Origin: an uncultured Opitutaceae bacterium
GTDB taxonomy: Bacteria > Verrucomicrobiota > Verrucomicrobiia > Opitutales > Opitutaceae
DNA length: 53,995 bases
Reading direction: 5' to 3'
Assembly (NCBI GenBank): GCA_964517665.1
Contig: CAZFCY010000010.1
Location: 1,237 to 55,231, forward strand
Below, one piece after another: positions 47,439 to 53,995 of this stretch (position 1 is the stretch's first letter; every line of letters starts with the position of its first letter). The notes beneath the pieces are model-generated. The model searched no databases and was not told where the DNA came from. It saw nothing but the letters and a program-made list of their open reading frames with translations. The position numbers and the translations under genes were made by a program.

Positions 47439-48404
47439 ATGGAGGATGCGACGTTGGGGATTTCGATCGATGATGTTCGCGCCGCGGCGGAGCGGCTGGC
47501 GGCGCTGGCGCATCGGACGCCGGTGCTGACTTCGCGGACTTTCGACGAGGCGGCAGGCGCGCGGCTGTTCTTCAAGTGCGAGAACCTCCAGCGCGCCGGC
47601 TCGTTCAAGTTTCGCGGCGCGAGCAACGCCGTTTTCTCGCTCGCCCCCGACGAGGCGGCGCGCGGCGTGCTGGCGCATTCCTCGGGCAATCATGGCGCCG
47701 CGCTCGCGATGGCCGCGCGCCTGCGCGGGGTTCCGGCGCACATCGTCATTCCCGAGGGCGCGACCGCGGCCAAGGTCGAGTCGGCGCGACGGCTGGGCGC
47801 GCGCGTGGTCCGTTGCGGGCCGAGCCTGCGGGCGCGCGAGGAAACGGCGGCGCGCGTGAGGGCGGAAACGGGCGCCCGGCTCATTCATCCCTACAACGAT
47901 CCGCGCGTCGCGGCCGGCCAGGGAACGGCTGCGCTCGAGTTGCTCGCCGAGGTTCCCGATCTCGATTTCGTCGTCGTGCCGGTCAGCGGCGGCGGGCTGG
48001 CGAGCGGCACGGCGATCGCCGCCACGGAGGCGCGGCCGGGCACGCGCGTCGTCGGCGTGGAGCCGGCCGGAGCGGACGACGCCCTGCAATCGCTGCGCGC
48101 GGGCGCCATCGTGGCTCTGCAGACGCCCGAGACGATTTGCGACGGGCTGCGCGGCGCGCTCTGTCCGCTGACCTTCGGCATCCTGCGCTCGCGGTTGGAA
48201 ACGATCATGGCCGTGCCGGACGCGGCGAGTGTTCAAGCCATGCGACGGATCTGGGAGGTGATGAAACTCGTCGTCGAGCCATCGTCCGCCATCGCGCTCG
48301 CGGCGCTCCTCGACGAGCGGGGCCGCGCCTACTTCAGCGGCTCGCGTGTCGGCGTCATCCTGAGCGGCGGCAACGTCGATCTGGACAATCTGCCGTGGCG
48401 CTGA
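47439..48404 (+). CDS. PLP-dependent serine/threonine dehydratase (serine racemase-like)
   Basis: RTPVLTS, FKCENLQRAGSFKFRGA, SSGNHG, GQGT, SGGGL, VEPS, SGGNVD. Confidence 0.93.
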   Translation: MEDATLGISIDDVRAAAERLAALAHRTPVLTSRTFDEAAGARLFFKCENLQRAGSFKFRGASNAVFSLAPDEAARGVLAHSSGNHGAALAMAARLRGVPAHIVIPEGATAAKVESARRLGARVVRCGPSLRAREETAARVRAETGARLIHPYNDPRVAAGQGTAALELLAEVPDLDFVVVPVSGGGLASGTAIAATEARPGTRVVGVEPAGADDALQSLRAGAIVALQTPETICDGLRGALCPLTFGILRSRLETIMAVPDAASVQAMRRIWEVMKLVVEPSSAIALAALLDERGRAYFSGSRVGVILSGGNVDLDNLPWR

Positions 48405-48432
48405 GCGCGTCGGCGCGCGGTCGTCCGGCTTC

Positions 48433-49101
48433 TCAGAAGCGGATGCCGATGCCGACGGTGGCGACGATGCCGTCGAGATCGAGGTCGAAGAAGCTTTGAT
48501 ACGTGGCTTGATATTTCACGACCACGCGGTCGCCGATATACTGGCGAAATCCGGCGTGGACTTCCCATGCCCAGTCGTCGTCATCGCCGACTCCTTCCGC
48601 GTCGAAATAGAGCCACGAAACGCCGGCGCCGATGTAGGGCACGATGCCGGCTCCCGGCGGGCTCAAGTTGAAGTCGATCCCGACGCTGGCGCCGGTCGCC
48701 TCGAAGTCGTCGCCATCGATCTCGGCGCTGAGGTGGCCGACACCGATGACGAGGTCCAGATTCCCGGTGAGGCGGTAACCGATCGAGGCGTCGAGGTTGA
48801 GCATTTCGGCCTCGGATGTGCCGGCGTCGATGCTGAGCCACGATCCGGAAAGCATGATCTCCCATTTCATCTCCGGTTTCGGGAGCGCGAGCTTCGGCAC
48901 GCCCGGGTAGGATGGCGCCGGCGGTGATTTCAACGCGTCCTCGAGCACCTGGTTCCATTGCTTTTCATAGACCGCTTCCGAGATGATCCCCTCGTCGCGC
49001 AGGCGGTCCAGCTCGCGCAGGCGATCGGCCACGGTCTGGCCGGCGGCGATCAGGGGCGACACGGCGAGAAACAGGAGCGGGAGAAGGCGGCGAAGGTGCA
49101 T
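48433..49101 (-). CDS. outer-membrane beta-barrel protein with an N-terminal SHOCT-like segment
   Basis: Signal peptide; LRELDRLRDEGIISEAVYE; PYIGAG; C-terminal VGIGIRF. Confidence 0.8.
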   Translation of the reverse strand: MHLRRLLPLLFLAVSPLIAAGQTVADRLRELDRLRDEGIISEAVYEKQWNQVLEDALKSPPAPSYPGVPKLALPKPEMKWEIMLSGSWLSIDAGTSEAEMLNLDASIGYRLTGNLDLVIGVGHLSAEIDGDDFEATGASVGIDFNLSPPGAGIVPYIGAGVSWLYFDAEGVGDDDDWAWEVHAGFRQYIGDRVVVKYQATYQSFFDLDLDGIVATVGIGIRF

Positions 49102-49309
49102 GCGTCGGGCGGGTTTGAGTTTGAAAATCGAGGAGTCGCTCGTGCGGCGAACCGCAGGGGCCTGGGCGATGTCGGGCTCACCAGCGTTGCTCTCGGCGCA
49201 CGCGAGTCGAGCCGATTTCCGTGGAGCCTGCGGGAGCGAAACACATGTTGTTTCTGGACCACCCGCCGGAGCGGCGGGCGACAGCGATGCGAGTTCAGAG
49301 AGAGGAAAC

Positions 49310-49336
49310 CACGGATTGCGCGGATGGGCACGGATT
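49310..49336. repeat. short CACGGAT-type ~9-mer repeat
   Basis: CACGGATTG CGCGGATGG G CACGGATT, just downstream of the CinA-family gene. Confidence 0.5.
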
Positions 49337-49348
49337 CGAATCGCCCGT

Positions 49349-49873
49349 TTATCGGCGCCCGCTCGTGGTGGAGCTTTGAACAAGCTCCTCCAAGGCGATC
49401 AGCGCGGCCAGGACCACCTCGTCCTGCATCTCGATCCGGGTGGCGCCGGGACGTTCGATGAAATCTTCCCGGACGATTTCCGCGCGCTCACCGTGCTTGC
49501 GCGCGAGGGCGAAGAACGCCGCCGGAGCGGGGAATCCCCGTTCGGGGCGCGGCTCGGCGAAGCCGGTGGTCGCGATGGCGAGTTCGCTGTCGAAGAGCCT
49601 GCACGCGCCCAGCGCCATCTGGCGCGCGATCGATGCGCTGACCGCTTCGCAACGCCCGGCTTCCTCGCGGTCCACGCCGAGATGCCGCGCCTTCTCGCTG
49701 ATCGCGTAGGCCGTGATCCCGCCGAGAAAAAACTCCGAGGCTCCGGAGGCCGAGCCGATCGCGGCCTGCAACCGCCCGCAGGTGACGCTCTCCGCCACGG
49801 CGAGCGTCAATCCCGGCGGGCCGGCCAGGAGCGCGCGCAAGCGGGCGGCGAGGGCGAGTGTTTCCGGTCGCAT
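49349..49873 (-). CDS. CinA C-terminal / PncC-family nicotinamide-nucleotide amidohydrolase
   Basis: LAVAESVTCG, SGASEFFLGG..Y..K..LGV, AVS..ARQMA.G, ATTGFA. Confidence 0.9.
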   Translation of the reverse strand: MRPETLALAARLRALLAGPPGLTLAVAESVTCGRLQAAIGSASGASEFFLGGITAYAISEKARHLGVDREEAGRCEAVSASIARQMALGACRLFDSELAIATTGFAEPRPERGFPAPAAFFALARKHGERAEIVREDFIERPGATRIEMQDEVVLAALIALEELVQSSTTSGRR

Positions 49874-49877
49874 CCGA

Positions 49878-50465
49878 TCACGGAGCCGGCGGCGCGGCGA
49901 TCGTGCCCGGCGGTGTGATGATCGTGCCGCCGGGCGTTTCGCAGAGCTTCTTCAGCTTCGCGAGCCCCTTCTCGAAATCGCCGCCGATCATGTTGTCGAA
50001 GAACAGCCCGACCCATCGATTGACGGGATTCATGCCGAAGCTGCCCGCATCGCTCCAGGTCACGCGCACGCCGCCGCCGGACTCGGATGGCTCGATGAGG
50101 ATTTCCCCAAGCGAATGCGCGCCGAAGCCGGGAAAATAAAGGTCGTAAGCCACCCGGCCGGGCGGTTCGTAGGCCGTGACTTCGAGTTTGCCCTGGCCAA
50201 TCGCGGGGCCGTCCCATTGCTGCCAGGAGCCTTTCCCGACCGACGGGTCGGAAAAGGTCGTCGTCATTCCCGGATCCATTTCGCTCCAGGGCGTCCATGC
50301 CGCCCACTTGCGAAGGTCGCCGACGTGGGAAAACGCCAGCGGCGCGGGCGCGTCGATCTCGATGGAACGCTCGACGCGATAGGAGCCGGGAAACAGATAC
50401 GAGGCGCCGGCGGCGGCCACGAGGACAACGAGCAGGGCGACGACAATGCGGATCAACGTTTTCAT
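49878..50465 (-). CDS. SRPBCC / polyketide cyclase-family protein
   Basis: VERSIEIDAP, W..WTPW..DP, VTW, IGGDFEKGLAKLK; N-terminal TM segment. Confidence 0.9.
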   Translation of the reverse strand: MKTLIRIVVALLVVLVAAAGASYLFPGSYRVERSIEIDAPAPLAFSHVGDLRKWAAWTPWSEMDPGMTTTFSDPSVGKGSWQQWDGPAIGQGKLEVTAYEPPGRVAYDLYFPGFGAHSLGEILIEPSESGGGVRVTWSDAGSFGMNPVNRWVGLFFDNMIGGDFEKGLAKLKKLCETPGGTIITPPGTIAAPPAP

Positions 50466-50661
50466 GGGCTTGCGAAGTGAAACAACCGGGGCACGACAAC
50501 GCTTCGCGCTGAGGTATGCGCCGTGCCATACACCGACTGCGGCGCGAGACCAAGCCTCTGTTGCGAGGCCGCCTGTCCCGGCCGGCGTCGCCGGGAGGCT
50601 GGCCCGGGCGTGGAAAACGTTCGCTCCGTCCGCGAGTCCCGCGCCTCTTGGAGTTTGCGCC

Positions 50662-51039
50662 ATGGATGCCCGCCTCTGGAAGAAACTCGTCACGATCGCC
50701 GAAGAGGAAACCCGCGCGACCGTTCGCGGCCTGCCGGCTGGATTGCGCGAGCGCGCGGAGTCGCTCCCGCTCGTCTTCGAGCCGTGGATCAGCGAGGCGC
50801 TCGTCGACACCGGGCTCGATCCCGATTCGCTCGGGTTGTTCGTCGGCGACGCGCACAACATCTCCGAATCGCTCGAGCCCATGCCGCCGCAGATCTTTCT
50901 CTTTCTCGAGAGCATCTGGGAGTTCGCCGAGGGCGACGAGGCGGCGTTTCGCGAGGAAGTGCGCGTGACGCTCCTGCACGAGATCGGCCATTTCCTCGGA
51001 TTCGACGAGGACGACCTGGAATTTCGCGGCCTCGAATGA
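50662..51039 (+). CDS. Zincin-like metallopeptidase (Zincin_1)
   Basis: LGLFVG, PPQIFLF, VTLLHEIGHFLG.DEDDL..RGL. Confidence 0.9.
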   Translation: MDARLWKKLVTIAEEETRATVRGLPAGLRERAESLPLVFEPWISEALVDTGLDPDSLGLFVGDAHNISESLEPMPPQIFLFLESIWEFAEGDEAAFREEVRVTLLHEIGHFLGFDEDDLEFRGLE

Positions 51040-51070
51040 TCCGGCCGATGCGATACGAACGTCCCATGCG

Positions 51071-51352
51071 ATGAACGCCACGCCTTCCTGCCAGTTGAGT
51101 TTCAAAATCACGCCGGGCGCGCCGCGCGACGAGATCGTGGGTGAACTCGGCGGCGCCATCCGCGTCAAACTGCGCGCGCCGCCGGTCGAAGGCCGGGCCA
51201 ATGCCGCGCTTGTTTCGTTTCTCGCCGACAGGCTCGGCCTCCGCGCCTCGGCTTTCCGGATCGTGACCGGCGCGACCGCGCGAATGAAGCGGATCGCGAT
51301 TACGGGACTTGCGGAGGACGCCGCGCGCAGTCGATTGTTGGGCGCCCAATGA
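51071..51352 (+). CDS. yggU: DUF167 / YggU-family protein
   Basis: PGA, VKLRAPPVEGRANAAL..FLA, G.TAR.K. Confidence 0.9.
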   Translation: MNATPSCQLSFKITPGAPRDEIVGELGGAIRVKLRAPPVEGRANAALVSFLADRLGLRASAFRIVTGATARMKRIAITGLAEDAARSRLLGAQ

Positions 51353-51981
51353 CGAGCCCCAAGAGCACAAAAAAGAACCGCAAAAAGTCCACCCGGTCCG
51401 CGAAGAAGGCGCCCGCCCCCCGAGTCCCGAAGAAGACGGACGTCCTTCCCTTCGACGGCATCCGCTACTGGCGGCGGGGTCGCTCCTCGATCCACGCCAG
51501 CGGCCTCTTCGCCGCGCGCGACATCCCGAAAGGCGCGCGCGTGATCGAGTATGTCGGCCCCAGACTGACCAAGGCCCAGGGTTGGAAACGCGCGACCGAC
51601 TGGCTCGAAAAAGCCGCCGGCACCGACAAGGGCGCGGTTTATGTTTTCGAGTTGAACGCGAAGCATGACATCGACGGCAACGTCCCGTGGAATCACGCGC
51701 GCCTGATCAACCACTCCTGCAGCCCCAACTGCGAGCCGCGCGTGCTGCGCGGGCACATCTGGATCGTCGCCCGCAAGCGCATCGTGGAGGGCGAGGAACT
51801 CTCCTACGACTACGGCTACGACTTCGAGCAGTGGCAGGATCATCCCTGCCGGTGCGGCTCGAAAAACTGCATCGGCTATATCATCGCCACGGAACACCGC
51901 CCGAAGTTGCGCCGGCTGCTCGCCGCGAAAAAGAAAAAGCCCGCCGCGAAGAAAGCATCCGGAAAAGCCGCCGGCCGTTGA
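51349..51981 (+). CDS. SET-domain protein-lysine methyltransferase with post-SET
   Basis: SIHASGLFA, IEYVG, ARLINHSCSPNC, GEELSYDY, CRCGSKNCIG. Confidence 0.93.
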   Translation: MTSPKSTKKNRKKSTRSAKKAPAPRVPKKTDVLPFDGIRYWRRGRSSIHASGLFAARDIPKGARVIEYVGPRLTKAQGWKRATDWLEKAAGTDKGAVYVFELNAKHDIDGNVPWNHARLINHSCSPNCEPRVLRGHIWIVARKRIVEGEELSYDYGYDFEQWQDHPCRCGSKNCIGYIIATEHRPKLRRLLAAKKKKPAAKKASGKAAGR

Positions 51982-52153
51982 GCCGCTTTTTCTTTCCGTC
52001 GCGGCCGCAACGCGGTTTGCTTCACCCTGTGACGACTCCATCGAAACACCCCTCCCCGGTGGACGAGAGATCCTCGAATGGTGGAGCCCGCTTTCATCCG
52101 CCCGGGGATCGGATTCCACCTTGCGCCGGCATCGGGTCACGGTCTCGCCAATC

Positions 52154-53455
52154 GTGAAACGGCCCCTCCTCATGCTGCGGCTGGTCATCGGCGTGTTGGC
52201 GTTCGGCCTGTTCACGGCGTCCTTCGCGGAGGCGGCGCGCGCGCACGTCGTGCAACGAGGCGAGACACTCTCCTCGATCGCGGCGAAGTACGGCGTCACG
52301 GTCGCCGAACTCGCTCGCGCCAACCGCTTGCGCGATGCGGACATGGTCCGGCGAGGCCAGAAACTCATCGTGCCCGACAACCCGGGCGCGACCTGGACGG
52401 GCTCGCACACAGTCTCCTCGGGCGAGACGCTTTCGTCGATCGCCGCGCTCTACCGCGTGCCTGTCGACGACCTCATCGCGGCCAACAATCTGCGCAACGC
52501 CGACTTCGTGCGCCGCGGCCAGGTCCTGCTCGTTCCGAACGTCGCGGCCGCCACCGTCCCGCCCGCGGCGGATCCCGGCACGCCGGGGCAGGTCCACACG
52601 GTGCAGCGGCGGGACACGCTTTCGTCGATCGCGGCGGCCTACGGGGTCACGGTGCGCGATCTTGCCCGCGCGAACAATCTGCGCGACGCCGATCTCCTCC
52701 ACCCCGGCCAGAAGCTGAGGATCCCGCAAGGCGCGCCCGCCTTCATCGAGCACAGCGTCAAGAAGGGCGAGTCGCTCGCGGTCATCGCCAGTCGTTACAA
52801 GGTCGCGCTCGCCGACATCCGCGCGGCGAACACCTTGAAAAATCCCGATCTCATCTCGCCCGGTCAGGTGCTGCGCATCCCCGCTTCGGATACGGCCCTG
52901 GCGGAAAGCGAGCCGGCCAAACGACCCGCCGCCGCCGCGCCCGCCACATCCGACCCGCGCCACCGGCTGCCGGTCGCCATCCGCGCCGCGATCGACTCCG
53001 CGAAGGTCGATCGCGGGCGTTGGAAAAACATCGTCATCCACCACAGCGGCACGAGCGTCGGTTCCGGCAAGGGCATGGATCGCTACCATCGCGAGGAGCG
53101 CCACATGGAAAATGGCCTCGCCTATCATTTCGTGATCGGAAACGGCCGGGGCATGACCGACGGCTCGATCTTCGTTGGCCGGCGCTGGAACGAACAGCTC
53201 GATGGCGGCCACGTCGCCAGCCAGGAACTCAACCACATCTCGATCGGCATCTGCCTCGTGGGGGATTTTGAGTCGCGTCCGCCCACCCGCCGCCAGATGG
53301 AAAGCCTCGAGGCGCTCGTCCGGGCGTTGATGCAGCGAACCGGCCTGAGTTACACCGCCTTCACGACACACCGCCTGATCCATCCCCGGCACACGCTCTG
53401 CCCCGGAAAACACTTCCCGACCGAGCACTTCCGCCAGAGCCTGCGCGCGAAATAG
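52154..53455 (+). CDS. 4x LysM + N-acetylmuramoyl-L-alanine amidase (Amidase_2)
   Basis: Four H.V..GETLSSIA..Y.V....L..AN.L..GQ.L repeats; IVIHHS, YHFVIGNG, SIGICLVGDF, H..CPG. Confidence 0.93.
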   Translation: MKRPLLMLRLVIGVLAFGLFTASFAEAARAHVVQRGETLSSIAAKYGVTVAELARANRLRDADMVRRGQKLIVPDNPGATWTGSHTVSSGETLSSIAALYRVPVDDLIAANNLRNADFVRRGQVLLVPNVAAATVPPAADPGTPGQVHTVQRRDTLSSIAAAYGVTVRDLARANNLRDADLLHPGQKLRIPQGAPAFIEHSVKKGESLAVIASRYKVALADIRAANTLKNPDLISPGQVLRIPASDTALAESEPAKRPAAAAPATSDPRHRLPVAIRAAIDSAKVDRGRWKNIVIHHSGTSVGSGKGMDRYHREERHMENGLAYHFVIGNGRGMTDGSIFVGRRWNEQLDGGHVASQELNHISIGICLVGDFESRPPTRRQMESLEALVRALMQRTGLSYTAFTTHRLIHPRHTLCPGKHFPTEHFRQSLRAK

Positions 53456-53532
53456 CCGGGGCGCGAAAGCGAGCCTTCGCCGCGCCTTGCCTCGTGGCCC
53501 GGCCCGGGAGGGTCGGGATCAGGCGCGGAAAA

Positions 53533-53581
53533 TCAGGAGACTGGAATCGACTTTCGACTCCCGACCTTCGATTTTCGACGC
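53533..53581 (+). repeat. degenerate heptamer tandem repeat
   Basis: TCAGGAG ACTGGAA TCGACTT TCGACTC CCGACCT TCGATTT TCGACGC. Confidence 0.6.
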
Positions 53582-53583
53582 CC

Positions 53584-53995
53584 GTGCCCCCATCGTCTTC
53601 CGTCCGTCCGGCCGCGCGCATTCTCGTCGTGGAAGACGAGCCGGCCATCGCCGATGCGATCACCTACGCATTGCGCACGGAGGGTTTCGAGCCGGACTGG
53701 CGTCCGACGCTCGAGCAGGCCCGCGCTTCCTTCGCCGCCGGGACGGTCGCGCTGGTCATCCTCGATGTCGGACTGCCCGATGGCAACGGCTTCGACTTTT
53801 GCCGCGAGCTTCACCGCCGCGCGGGCGGCCCGCGCACACCGGTCATCTTTCTCACCTCGCGCAGCGGCGAGATCGATCGCGTCGTCGGCCTCGAGATCGG
53901 CGCCGACGATTACATCGTGAAACCGTTCAGCCCGCGCGAACTCACCGCGCGCGTGCGCGCCGTGCTGCGCCGCGTGGCGGTCGCGCCCGCTTCGG
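53584..53995 (+). CDS. creB: OmpR-family response regulator, CreB-like (3'-truncated by the window end)
   Basis: Manual translation: ILVVEDEPAIADAITYALRTEGF..LDVGLPDGNGFDFCREL..FLTSRSGEIDRVVGLEIGADDYIVKPFSPREL. Confidence 0.82.
   Translation, partial: MPPSSSVRPAARILVVEDEPAIADAITYALRTEGFEPDWRPTLEQARASFAAGTVALVILDVGLPDGNGFDFCRELHRRAGGPRTPVIFLTSRSGEIDRVVGLEIGADDYIVKPFSPRELTARVRAVLRRVAVAPAS

Noticed and set aside
49310..49336. CACGGAT ~9-mer repeat as a novel element
   Set aside because: Single short occurrence of a repeat type I recall as common in bacterial intergenic DNA. Listed as a feature only.
1..53995. Prophage, IS element, defence island, tRNA/rRNA
   Set aside because: No transposase, integrase, phage structural, restriction/toxin or structural-RNA signatures were recognised.

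Overview
GC-rich bacterial chromosomal segment, most likely Verrucomicrobiota (Opitutaceae-like). That placement is inferred from the delta-60 surface protein with a tandem 'NLSxRG...GFVV...RAVGPGL' C-terminal domain, the 'GYFELGM' TPR proteins and the double TonB-C protein. It holds about 52 densely packed CDS: a LytS/LytTR pair, beta-carbonic anhydrase, phasin-like + ABC1 kinase, a GT4/GNAT/DUF2334/flippase-like envelope operon, yajQ-dusB, a PilV/PilW/PilX-like minor-pilin cassette, a degenerate ATP-grasp protein, amino-sugar and peptidoglycan-recycling genes (BadF-type kinase, CE7 esterase, GH20, AmgK-like/RapZ-C fusion + MurU-like, LysM amidase), a 1944-aa delta-60 repeat protein with an upstream beta-barrel gene, 5-oxoprolinase, queD, an Rsm22-like methyltransferase, a SET protein and creB. 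I recognised no rRNA, tRNA, CRISPR array, transposase or integrase. Most notable: (1) four dispersed copies of a fixed-length 42-bp palindrome, RAA(G/A)CC-N7-TGTNNCGTACGTTACA-N7-GGCTTY, at gene 3' ends; (2) a 7-repeat module nested inside another repeat of the giant delta-60 protein; (3) the HpsA-like pilin cassette next to an apparently catalytically altered ATP-grasp protein. All family calls are motif recognition by eye, not database searches.
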